Part shown: one piece after another, positions 17,901 through 33,400 of the stretch
Position numbering within the stretch: the first letter of the stretch is position 1
Layout: each line of letters opens with the position of its first letter
NCBI GenBank assembly: GCA_964016885.1
Contig: OZ024745.1
Coordinates: 71,114,001-71,178,000, forward strand
Origin: Eledone cirrhosa
Lineage: Eukaryota
Direction: 5' to 3'
Length of the DNA stretch: 64,000 nt
Notes under the pieces: generated by a model
Seen by the model: the letters and a program-made list of their open reading frames with translations, nothing else
Databases searched by the model: none
What the model was told of the DNA's origin: nothing
Made by a program: the position numbers and the translations under genes

Positions 17901-20900
17901 AACACTGCTGTCAACACCATTAACACTAGTGTCATCACCATTAACACTGCTGTCATCACTATTAACACTACTGTCATCACCATTAACACTACTGTCCTCA
18001 CCATTAACACTACTGTCATCACCATTAACACTACTGTCATCACCATTAACACTGCTGTCAACACCATTAACACTACTGTCATCACGATTAACACTACTGT
18101 CATCACCATTAACACTACTGTCAACACCATTAACACTACTGTCATCACCATTAACACTGCTGTCAACACCATTAACACTGCTGTCATCACCATTAACACT
18201 GCTGTCATCACCATTAACAATACTGTCATCACCATTAACACTACTGTCAACACCATTAACACTGCTGTCATCACCATTAACACTGCTGTCAACACCATTA
18301 ACACTACTGTCATCACCATTAACACTACTGACATCACCATTAACACTACTGTCATCACCATTAACACTGCTGTCAATACCATTAACACTACTGTCATCAC
18401 CATTAACACTACTGTCAACACCATTAACTCTGCTGTCATCACCATTAACAGTACTGTCATCACCATTAACACTGCTGTCAACACCATTAACACTACTGTC
18501 ATCACCATTAACACTACTGTCATCACCATTAACACTACTGTCATCACCATTAACACTGCTGTCATCACCATTAACACTGCTGTCAACACCATTAACACTA
18601 CCGTCATCACCATTAACACTACTGACATCACCATTAACACTACTGTCATCACCATTAACACTGCTGTCATCACCATTAACACTACTGTCATCACCATTAA
18701 CACTACTGTCATCACAATTAACACTAATGTCATCACCATTAACACTACTGTCATCACCATTAACACTACTGTCATCACCATTAACACTACTGTCATCACC
18801 ATTAACACTACTGGCAACACCATTAACACTGCTGTCATCACTATTAACACTACTGTCATCACCATTAACACTACTGTCATCACCATTAACACTACTGTCA
18901 TCACCATTAACACTGCTGTCAACACCATTAACACTACTGTCATCACCATTAACACTACTGTCATCACCATTAACACTACTGTCATCACCATTAACACTAC
19001 TGTCAACACCATTAACACTACTGTCAACACCATTAACACTACTGTCATCACCATTAACACTGCTGTCAACACCATTAACACTGCTGTCATCACCATTAAC
19101 ACTGCTGTCAACACCATTAACACTACTGTCATCACCATTAACACTACTGTCATCACCATTAACACTACTGTCATCACCATTAACGCTACTGTCATCACCA
19201 TTAACACTACTGTCATCACCATTAACACTGCTGTCATCACTATTAACACTACTGTCATCACTATTAACACTACTGTCATCACCATTAACACTACTGTCAA
19301 CACCATTAACACTACTGTCATCACCATTAACACTGCTGTCAACAGCATTAACACTGCTGTCATCACCATTAACACTACTGTCATCACCATTAACACTGCT
19401 GTCAACACCATTAACACTACTGTCATCACCATTAACACTGCTGTCATCACCATTAACACTACTGTCATCACCATTAACACTACTGTCATCACCATTAACA
19501 CTGTTGTCATCACCATTAACACTGCTGTCATCACCATTAACACTGCTGACATCACCATTAACACTACTGCCATCACCATTAACACTGCTGTCATCACCAT
19601 TAACACTGCTGCCATCACCATTAACACTACTGTCATCATCAATAACACTGCTGTCATCAACATTAACACTACTGTCATCACCATTAACACTGCTGTCATC
19701 ACCATTAACACTGCTGTCATCACAATTAACACTGCTGTCGACACCATTAACACTACTGTCATCACCAATAACACTGATGTCATCACCATTAACACTTCTG
19801 TCAACACCACTAACACTGCTGTCATCACCATTAACACTACTGTCAACACCATTAACACTACTGTCATCACCATTAACACTGCTGTCATCACCATTAACAC
19901 TACTGTCATCACCATTAACACTACTGTCATCACCATTAACACTACTGTCAACACCATTAACACTACTGTCATCACCATTAACACTACTGTCATCACCATT
20001 AACACTACTGTCATCACCATTAACACTACTGTCATCACCATTAACACTACTGTCATCACCATTAACACTACTGTCATCACCATTAACACTGCTGTCACCA
20101 CCATTAACACTACTGTCATCACCATTAACACTACTGTCATCACCATTAACACTACTGTCATCACCATTAACACTACTGTCATCACCATTAACACTACTGT
20201 CATCACCATTAACACTGCTGTCAACACCATTAACACTACTGTCATCACCATTAACACTACTGTCATCACCATTAACACTACTGTCAACACCATTAACACT
20301 ACTGTCATCACCGTTAACACTGCTGTCAACACCATTAACACTGCTGTCATCACCATTAACACTGCTGTCATCACCATTAACACTACTGTCATCACCATTA
20401 ACACTACTGTCATCACCATTAACACTACCGTCATCACCATTAACACTACTGTCATCACCATTAACACTATTGTCATCACCATTATCACTACTGTCATCAC
20501 CATTAACACTACTGTCAACACTACTGTCAACACCATTAACACTACTGTCATCACCATTAACACTACTGTCATCACCATTAACACTACTGTCATCACCATT
20601 AACACTACTGTCATCACCATTAACACTACTGTCATCACCATTAACACTACTGTCATCACCATTAACACTACTGTCAACACCATTAACACAACTGTCATCA
20701 CCATTAACACTACTGTCATCACCATTAACACTACTGTCATCACCATTAACACTACTGTCATCACCATTAACAATACTGTCATCACCATTAACACTGCTGT
20801 CACCACCATTAACACTACTGTCATCACCATTAACACTACTCTCATCACCATTAACACTACTGTCATCACCATTAACACTACTGTCATCACCATTAACACT

Positions 20901-23900
20901 ACTGTCATCACCATTAACACTGCTGTCAACACCATTAACACTACTGTCATCACCATTAACACTACTGTCATCACCATTAACACTACTGTCAACACCATTA
21001 ACACTACTGTCATCACCGTTAACACTGCTGTCAACACCATTAACACTGCTGTCATCACCATTAACACTGCTGTCATCACCATTAACACTACTGTCATCAC
21101 CATTAACACTACTGTCAACAGCATTAACACTGCTGTCATCACCATTAACACTGCTGTCAACACCATTAACACTACTGTCATCACCATTAACACTACTGTC
21201 AACACCATTAACACTACTGTCATCACAATTAACACTACTGTCATCACCATTAACACTACTGTCATCACCATTAACACTACTGTCATCACCATTAACACTA
21301 CTGTCATCACCATTAACACTACTGTCATCACCATTAACACTGCTGTCATCACCATTAACACTACTGTCATCACCATTAACACTGCTGTCATCACCATTAA
21401 CGCTACTGTCATCACTATTAACACTGCTGTCAACACCATTAACACTACTGTCATCACCATTAACACTACTGTCAACACTATTAACACTACTGTCATCACC
21501 ATTATCACTACTGTCATCACCATTAACACTGCTGTCATCACCATTAACACTGCTGTCAGCAGCATTAACACTACTGTCATCACCATTAACACTACTGTCA
21601 TCACCATTAACACTACTGTCAACACCATTAACACTACTGTCATCACCATTAACACTGCTGTCAACGCCATTAACACTGCTGTAGTCACCATTAACACTGC
21701 TGTCATCACCATTAACACTACTGTCATCACCATTAACACTACTGTCAACACCATTAACGCTGCTGTCGTCACCATTAACACTGTTGACAACACCATTAAC
21801 ACTACTGTCATCACCATTATCACTACTGTCATCACCATTAACACTACTGTCATCACCATTAACACTGCTGTCAACACCATTAACACTACTGTCATCACCA
21901 TTAACACTACTGTCATCACCATTAACACTACTGTCATCACCATTAACACTACTGTCATCACCATTAACACTGCTGTCATCACCATTAACACTACTGTCAT
22001 CACCATTAACACTACTGTCAACACCATTAACTCTGCTGTCATCACCATTAACACTACTGTCATCACCATTAACACTGCTGTCATCACAATTAACACTACT
22101 GTCATCACCATTAACACTGCTGTCATACCATTAACACTACTGTCATCACCATTAACACTACTGTCGTCACCATTAACACTACTGTCATCACCATTAACGC
22201 TACTGTCATCACCATTAACACTACTGTCAACACCATTAACACTGCTGTCATCACTATTAACACTACTGTCATCACCATTAACACTGCTGTCATCACCATT
22301 AACACTACTGTCAACACCATTAACACTACTGTCATCACCATTAACACTGCCGTCAACAACATTAACACTGCTGTCATCACCATTAACACTACTGTCATCA
22401 CCATTAACACTACTGTCATCACCATTAACACTACTGTCAACACAATTAACACTACTGTCATCACCATTAACACTGCTGTCATCACCATTAACACTGCTGT
22501 CAACACCATTAACACTACTGTCATCACCATTAACACTACTGTCAACACCATTAACACTACTGTCATCACCATTAACACTACTGTCATCACCATTAACACT
22601 ACTGTCATCACCATTAACACTACTGTCATCACCATTAACACTACTGTCATCACCATTAACACTGCTGTCATCACCATTAACACTACTGTCATCACCATTA
22701 ACACTGCTGTCATCACCATTAACGCTACTGTCATCACTATTAACACTGCTGTCAACACCATTAACACTACTGTCATCACCATTAACACAACTGTCAACAC
22801 TATTAACACTACTGTCATAACCATTATCACTACTGTCATCACCATTAACACTGCTGTCATCACCATTAAAACTGCTGTCATCACCATTAACACTACTGTC
22901 ATCACCATTAACACTACTGTCATCACCATTAACACTGCTGTCATCACCATTAACACTACTGTCATCACCATTAACACTGCTGTCAACACCATTAACACTA
23001 CTGTCATCACCATTAACACTACTGTCAACACCATTAACACTACTGTCATCACCATTATCACTGCTGTCAACACCACTAACACTACTGTCATCACCATTAA
23101 CACTACTGTCATCACCATTAATACTGCTGTCAACACCATTAACACTACTGTCATCACCAATAACACTACTGTCCTCACCATTAACACTGCTGTCATCACC
23201 ATTAACACTACTGTCATCACCATTAACACTGCTGTCAACACCATTAACACTAGTGTCATCACCATTAACACTGCTGTCATCACTATTAACACTACTGTCA
23301 TCACCATTAACACTACTGTCCTCACCATTAACACTACTGTCATCACCATTAACACTACTGTCATCACCATTAACACTGCTGTCAACACCATTAACACTAC
23401 TGTCATCACGATTAACACTACTGTCATCACCATTAACACTACTGTCAACACCATTAACACTACTGTCATCACCATTAACACTGCTGTCAACACCATTAAC
23501 ACTGCTGTCATCACCATTAACACTGCTGTCATCACCATTAACAATACTGTCATCACCATTAACACTACTGTCAACACCATTAACACTGCTGTCATCACCA
23601 TTAACACTGCTGTCAACACCATTAACACTACTGTCATCACCATTAACACTACTGACATCACCATTAACACTACTGTCATCACCATTAACACTGCTGTCAA
23701 TACCATTAACACTACTGTCATCACCATTAACACTACTGTCATCACCATTAACACTACTGTCATCACCATTAACACTACTGTCATCACCATTAACACTGTT
23801 GTCATCACCATTAACACTACTGTCATCACCATTAACACTACTGTCATCACCATTAACACTACTGTCATCACCATTAACACTGCTGTCATCACCATTAACA

Positions 23901-24890
23901 CTACTGTCATCACCATTAACACTACTGTCAACACCATTAACTCTGCTGTCATCACCATTAACACTACTGTCATCACCATTAACACTGCTGTCATCACAAT
24001 TAACACTACTGTCATCACCATTAACACTGCTGTCATACCATTAACACTACTGTCATCACCATTAACACTACTGTCGTCACCATTAACACTACTGTCATCA
24101 CCATTAACGCTACTGTCATCACCATTAACACTACTGTCAACACCATTAACACTGCTGTCATCACTATTAACACTACTGTCATCACCATTAACACTGCTGT
24201 CATCACCATTAACACTACTGTCAACACCATTAACACTACTGTCATCACCATTAACACTGCCGTCAACAACATTAACACTGCTGTCATCACCATTAACACT
24301 ACTGTCATCACCATTAACACTACTGTCATCACCATTAACACTACTGTCAACACAATTAACACTACTGTCATCACCATTAACACTGCTGTCATCACCATTA
24401 ACACTGCTGTCAACACCATTAACACTACTGTCATCACCATTAACACTACTGTCAACACCATTAACACTACTGTCATCACCATTAACACTACTGTCATCAC
24501 CATTAACACTACTGTCATCACCATTAACACTACTGTCATCACCATTAACACTACTGTCATCACCATTAACACTGCTGTCATCACCATTAACACTACTGTC
24601 ATCACCATTAACACTGCTGTCATCACCATTAACGCTACTGTCATCACTATTAACACTGCTGTCAACACCATTAACACTACTGTCATCACCATTAACACAA
24701 CTGTCAACACTATTAACACTACTGTCATAACCATTATCACTACTGTCATCACCATTAACACTGCTGTCATCACCATTAAAACTGCTGTCATCACCATTAA
24801 CACTACTGTCATCACCATTAACACTACTGTCATCACCATTAACACTGCTGTCATCACCATTAACACTACTGTCATCACCATTAACACTGC
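7400..24890. repeat. Two tandem copies of an 8,745-bp higher-order repeat (417 monomers); junction at ~16145-16154
   Basis: The 1-bp deletion markers 8057/13381/15291 recur at 16802/22126/24036 (all +8,745). The 1775-aa and 1251-aa ORF translations appear identical in both copies. One substitution noted (14844 A vs 23589 C). Confidence 0.95.
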
Positions 24891-25740
24891 TGTCAACACC
24901 ATTAACACTACTGTCATCACCATTAACACTACTGTCAACACCATTAACACTACTGTCATCACCATTATCACTGCTGTCAACACCACTAACACTACTGTCA
25001 TCACCATTAACACTACTGTCATCACCATTAATACTGCTGTCAACACCATTAACACTACTGTCATCACCAATAACACTACTGTCCTCACCATTAACACTGC
25101 TGTCATCACCATTAACACTACTGTCATCACCATTAACACTGCTGTCAACACCATTAACACTAGTGTCATCACCATTAACACTGCTGTCATCACTATTAAC
25201 ACTACTGTCATCACCATTAACACTACTGTCCTCACCATTAACACTACTGTCATCACCATTAACACTACTGTCATCACCATTAACACTGCTGTCAACACCA
25301 TTAACACTACTGTCATCACGATTAACACTACTGTCATCACCATTAACACTACTGTCAACACCATTAACACTACTGTCATCACCATTAACACTGCTGTCAA
25401 CACCATTAACACTGCTGTCATCACCATTAACACTGCTGTCATCACCATTAACAATACTGTCCTCACCATTAACACTACTGTCAACACCATTAACACTGCT
25501 GTCATCACCATTAACACTGCTGTCAACACCATTAACACTACTGTCATCACCATTAACACTACTGACATCACCATTAACACTACTGTCATCACCATTAACA
25601 CTGCTGTCAATACCATTAACACTACTGTCATCACCATTAACACTACTGTCATCACCATTAACACTACTGTCATCACCATTAACACTACTGTCATCACCAT
25701 TAACACTGTTGTCATCACCATTAACACTACTGTCATCACC
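21900..25740. repeat. 1,910-bp tandem duplication (91 monomers); partial equivalent at ~13160-16145
   Basis: Deletion markers 22126/24036 and 13381/15291; ACTAGTGTC ~23249/25159; ACTGTTGTC ~23795/25705. 1,910 = 90x21 + 20. Confidence 0.88.
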
Positions 25741-28700
25741 ATTAACACTACTGTCAACACCATTAACTCTGCTGTCATCACCATTAACAGTACTGTCATC
25801 ACCATTAACACTGCTGTCAACACCATTAACACTACTGTCATCACCATTAACACTACTGTCATCACCATTAACACTACTGTCATCACCATTAACACTGCTG
25901 TCATCACCATTAACACTGCTGTCAACACCATTAACACTACCGTCATCACCATTAACACTACTGACATCACCATTAACACTACTGTCATCACCATTAACAC
26001 TGCTGTCATCACCATTAACACTACTGTCATCACCATTAACACTACTGTCATCACAATTAACACTAATGTCATCACCATTAACACTACTGTCATCACCATT
26101 AACACTACTGTCATCACCATTAACACTACTGTCATCACCATTAACACTACTGGCAACACCATTAACACTGCTGTCATCACTATTAACACTACTGTCATCA
26201 CCATTAACACTACTGTCATCACCATTAACACTACTGTCATCACCATTAACACTGCTGTCAACACCATTAACACTACTGTCATCACCATTAACACTACTGT
26301 CATCACCATTAACACTACTGTCATCACCATTAACACTACTGTCAACACCATTAACACTACTGTCAACACCATTAACACTACTGTCATCACCATTAACACT
26401 GCTGTCAACACCATTAACACTGCTGTCATCACCATTAACACTGCTGTCAACACCATTAACACTACTGTCATCACCATTAACACTACTGTCATCACCATTA
26501 ACACTACTGTCATCACCATTAACGCTACTGTCATCACCATTAACACTACTGTCATCACCATTAACACTGCTGTCATCACTATTAACACTACTGTCATCAC
26601 TATTAACACTACTGTCATCACCATTAACACTACTGTCAACACCATTAACACTACTGTCATCACCATTAACACTGCTGTCAACAGCATTAACACTGCTGTC
26701 ATCACCATTAACACTACTGTCATCACCATTAACACTGCTGTCAACACCATTAACACTACTGTCATCACCATTAACACTGCTGTCATCACCATTAACACTA
26801 CTGTCATCACCATTAACACTACTGTCATCACCATTAACACTGTTGTCATCACCATTAACACTGCTGTCATCACCATTAACACTGCTGACATCACCATTAA
26901 CACTACTGCCATCACCATTAACACTGCTGTCATCACCATTAACACTGCTGCCATCACCATTAACACTACTGTCATCATCAATAACACTGCTGTCATCAAC
27001 ATTAACACTACTGTCATCACCATTAACACTGCTGTCATCACCATTAACACTGCTGTCATCACAATTAACACTGCTGTCGACACCATTAACACTACTGTCA
27101 TCACCAATAACACTGATGTCATCACCATTAACACTTCTGTCAACACCACTAACACTGCTGTCATCACCATTAACACTACTGTCAACACCATTAACACTAC
27201 TGTCATCACCATTAACACTGCTGTCATCACCATTAACACTACTGTCATCACCATTAACACTACTGTCATCACCATTAACACTACTGTCAACACCATTAAC
27301 ACTACTGTCATCACCATTAACACTGCTGTCATCACCATTAACACTAATGTCATCACCATTAACACTACTGTCATCACCATTAACACTACTGTCATCACCA
27401 TTAACACTACTGTCATCACCATTAACACTACTGTCATCACCATTAACACTACTGTCATCACCATTAACACTACTGTCATCACCATTATCACTACTGTCAT
27501 CACCATTAACACTACTGTCATCACCATTAACACTACTGTCATCACCATTAACACTACTGTCATCACCATTAACACTACTGTCATCACCATTAACACTACT
27601 GTCATCACCATTATCACTACTGTCATCACCATTAACACTGCTGTTAACACCATTAACACTACTGTCATCACCATTAACACTACTGTCATCACCATTAACA
27701 CTACTGTCATCACCATTAACACTGCTGTCATCACCATTAACACTGCTGTCAACACCATTAACACTACTGTCATCACCATTATCACTACTGACATCACCAT
27801 TAACACTACTGTCATCACCATTAACACTGCTGTCATCACCATTAACACTACTGTCATCACCATTAACACTACTGTCATCACAATTAACACTAATGTCATC
27901 ACCGTTAACACTACTGTCATCACCATTAACACTACTGTCATCACCATTAACACTACTGTCATCACCATTAACACTACTGTCAACACCATTAACACTGCTG
28001 TCATCACTATTAACACTACTGTCATCACCATTAACACTACTGTCATCACCATTAATACTACTGTCATCACCATTAACACTGCTGTCAACACCATTAACAC
28101 TACTGTCATCACCATTAACACTACTGTCATCACCATTAACACTACTGTCATCACCATTAACACTACTGTCATCACCATTAACACTACTGTCAACACCATT
28201 AACACTGCTGTCAACACCATTAACACTACTGTCATCACCATTAACACTACTGTCATCACCATTAACACTACTGTCATCACCATTAACGCTACTGTCATCA
28301 CCATTAACACTGCTGTCATCACTATTAACACTACTGTCATCACTATTAACACTACTGTCATCACCATTAACACTACTGTCAACACCATTAACACTACTGT
28401 CATCACCATTAACACTGCTGTCAACAGCATTAACACTGCTGTCATCACCATTAACACTACTGTCATCACCATTAATACTGCTGTCAACACCATTAACACT
28501 ACTGTCATCACCATTAACACTGCTGTCATCACCATTAACACTACTGTCATCACCATTAACACTACTGTCATCACCATTAACACTGTTGTCATCACCATTA
28601 ACACTGCTGTCATCATCATTAACACTGCTGCCATCACCATTAACACTACTGTCATGATCAATAACACTGCTGTCATCAACATTAACACTACTGTCATCAC

Positions 28701-30489
28701 CATTAACACTACTGTCATCACCATTAACACTACTGTCATCACCATTAACACTGCTCTCATCACCATTAACACTGCTGTCAACACCATTAACACTACTGTC
28801 ATCACCATTAACACTACTGACATCACCATTAACACTACTGTCATCACCATTAACACTGCTGTCATCACCATTAACACTACTGTCATCACCATTAACACTA
28901 CTGTCATCACAATTAACACTAATGTCATCACCGTTAACACTACTGTCATCACCATTAACACTACTGTCATCACCATTAACACTACTGTCATCACCATTAA
29001 CACTACTGTCAACACCATTAACACGGCTGTCATCACTATTAACACTACTGTCATCACCATTAACACTACTGTCATCACAATTAATACTACTGTCATCACC
29101 ATTAACACTGCTGTCAACACCATTAACACTACTGTCATTACCAATAACACTGATGTCATCACCATTAACACTACTGTCAACACCACAAACACTGCTGTCA
29201 TCACCATTAACACTACTGTCAACACCATTAACACTACTGTCATCACCATTAACACTGCTGTCATCACCATTAACACTACTGTCATCACCATTAACACTAC
29301 TGTCATCACCATTAACACTACTGTCAACACCATTAACACTACTGTCATCACCATTAACACTGCTGTCATCACCATTAACACTAATGTCATCACCATTAAC
29401 ACTACTGTCATCACCATTAACACTACTGTCATCACCATTAACACTACTGTCATCACCATTAACACTACTGTCATCACCATTAACACTACTGTCATCACCA
29501 TTAACACTACTGTCATCACCATTATCACTACTGTCATCACCATTAACACTACTGTCATCACCATTAACACTACTGTCATCAACATTAACACTACTGTCAT
29601 CACCATTAACACTACTGTCATCACCATTAACACTACAGTCATCACCATTATCACTACTGTCATCACCATTAACACTGCTGTTAACACCATTAACACTACT
29701 GTCATCACCATTAACACTACTGTCATCACCATTAACACTACTGTCATCACCATTAACACTGCTGTCATCACCATTAACACTGCTGTCAACACCATTAACA
29801 CTACTCTCATCACCATTAACACTGCTGACATCACCATTAACACTACTGTCATCACCATTAACACTGCTGTCATCACCATTAACACTACTGTCATCACCAT
29901 TAACACTACTGTCATCACAATTAACACTAATGTCATCACCGTTAACACTACTGTCATCACCATTAACACTACTGTCATCACCATTAACACTACTGTCATC
30001 ACCATTAACACTACTGTCAACACCATTAACACTGCTGTCATCACTATTAACACTACTGTCATCACCATTAACACTACTGTCATCACCATTAATACTACTG
30101 TCATCACCATTAACACTGCTGTCAACACCATTAACACTACTGTCATCACCATTAACACTAATGTCATCACCATTAACACTACTGTCATCACCATTAACAC
30201 TACTGTCATCACCATTAACACTACTGTCAACAGCATTAACACTACTGTCAACACCATTAACACTACTGTCATCACCATTAACACTGCTGTCAACACCATT
30301 AACACTGCTGTCATCACCATTAACACTGCTGTCAACACCATTAACACTACTGTCATCACCATTAACACTACTGTCATCACCATTAACACTACTGTCATCA
30401 CCATTAACGCTACTGTCATCACCATTAACACTGCTGTCATCACTATTAACACTACTGTCATCACTATTAACACTACTGTCATCACCATT

Positions 30490-33400
30490 AACACTACTGT
30501 CAACACCATTAACACTACTGTCATCACCATTAACACTGCTGTCAACAGCATTAACACTGCTGTCATCACCATTAACACTACTGTCATCACCATTAATACT
30601 GCTGTCAACACCATTAACACTACTGTCATCACCATTAACACTGCTGTCATCACCATTAACACTACTGTCATCACCATTAACACTACTGTCATCACCATTA
30701 ACACTGTTGTCATCACCATTAACACTGCTGTCATCACCATTAACACTGCTGACATCACCATTAACACTACTGCCATCACCATTAACACTGCTGTCATCAT
30801 CATTAACACTGCTGCCATCACCATTAACACTACTATCATGATCAATAACACTGGTGTCATCAACATTAACACTACTGTCATCACCATTAACACTGCTGTC
30901 ATCACCATTAACACTGCTGTCATCACAATTAACACTGCTGTCAACACCATTAACACTACTGTTATCACCAATAACACTGATGTCATCACCATTAACACTA
31001 CTGTCAACACCACTAACACTGCTGTCATCACCATTAACACTACTGTCAACACCATTAACACTACTGTCATCACCATTAACACTGCTGTCATCACCATTAA
31101 CACTACTGTCATCACCATTAACACTACTGTCATCACCATTAACACTACTGTCAACACCATTAACACTACTGTCATCACCATTAACACTGCTGTCATCACC
31201 ATTAACACTAATGTCATCACCATTAACACTACTGTCATCACCATTAACACTACTGTCATCACCATTAACACTACTGTCATCACCATTAACACTACTGTCA
31301 TCACCATTAACACTACTGTCATCACCATTAACACTACTGTTATCACCATTATCACTACTGTCATCACCATTAACACTACTGTCATCACCATTAACACTAC
31401 TGTCATCACCATTAACACTACTGTCATCACCATTAACACTACTGTCATCACCATTAACACTACTGTCATCACCATTATCACTACTGTCATCACCATTAAC
31501 ACTACTGTCATCACCATTATCACAACTGTCATCACCATTAACACTACTGTCATCACCATTAACACTACTGTCATCACCATTAACACTACTGTCATCACCA
31601 TTAACACTACTGTCAACACTACTAACACTACTGTCATCACCATTATCACTACTGTCATCACCATTAACACTGCTGTCATCACCATTAACACTGCTGTCAA
31701 CACCATTAACACTACTGTCATCACCATTAACACTACTGTCATCACCATTAACACTACTGTCATCACCATTATCACTACTGTCATCACCATTAACACTACT
31801 GTCATCACCATTAACACTACTGTCAACACCATTAACACTACTGTCATCACCATTAACACTACTGTCATCACCATTAACACTACTGTCATCACCATTAACA
31901 CTACTGTCATCACCATTAACACTACTGTCAACACCATTAACACAACTGTCATTACCATTAACACTACTGTCATCACCATTAACACTACTGTCATCAGCAT
32001 TAACACTACTGTCACCACCATTAACACTACTGTCATCACCATTAACACTACTGTCATCACCATTAACACTACTGTCATCACCATTAACACTACTGTCATC
32101 ACCATTAACACTACTGTCATCACCATTAACACTGCTGTCAACACCATTAACACTACTGTCATCACCATTAACACTACTGTCATCACCATTAACACTACTG
32201 TCAACACCATTAACACTACTGTCATCACCATTAACACTGCTGTCAACACCATTAACACTGCTGTCATCACCATTAACACTGCTGTCATCACCATTAACAC
32301 TACTGTCATTACCATTAACACTACTGTCAACACCATTAACACTGCTGCCATCACCATTAACACTGCTGTCAACACCATTAACACTACTGTCATCACCATT
32401 AACACTACTGTCAACACCATTAACACTACTGTCATCACAATTAACACGACTGTCATCACCATTAACACTACTGTCATCACCATTAACACTACTGTCATCA
32501 CCATTAACACTACTGTCAACACTATTAACACTACTGTCATCACCATTATCACTACTGTCATCACCATTAACACTGCTGTCATCACCATTAACACTGCTGT
32601 CAACACCATTAACACTACTGTCATCACCATTAACACTACTGTCATCACCATTAACACTACTGTCAACACCATTAACACTACTGTCATCACCATTAACACT
32701 GCTGTCAACACCATTAACACTGCTGTCATCACCATTAACACTACTGTCATCACCATTAACACTACTGTCATCACCATTAACACTGCTGTCATCACCATTA
32801 ACACTGCTGTCATCACCATTAACACTACTGTCATCACCATTATCACTACTGTCATCACCATTAACACTACTGTCATCACCATTAACACTACTGTCAACAC
32901 CATTATCACTACTGTCGTCACCATTAACACTATTGTCATCACCATTAACACTACTGTCATCACCATTAACACTACTGTCATCACCATTAACACTACTGTC
33001 ATCACCATTAACACTACTGTCATCACCATTAACACTACTGTCATCACCATTAACACTACTGTCATCACCATTAACACTACTGTCATCACCATTAACACTG
33101 CTGTCACCACCATTAACACTACTGTCATCACCATTAACACTACTGTCATCACCATTAACACTACTGTCATCACCATTAACACTGCTGTCATCACCATTAA
33201 CACTACTGTCATCACCATTAACACTACTGTCATCACCATTAACACTACTGTCATGATCAATAACACTGGTGTCATCACCATTAACACTACTGTCAACACC
33301 ATTAACACTACTGTCATCACCATTAACACTGCTGTCAACAGCATTAACACTGCTGTCATCACCATTAACACTACTGTCATCACCATTAATACTGCTGTCA

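Noticed and set aside
3451-24040. Programmed frameshifting or phase variation at the GTCATACC sites
   Set aside because: No slippery homopolymer or downstream structure. The sites are duplicated copies of one deletion with shared flanks.
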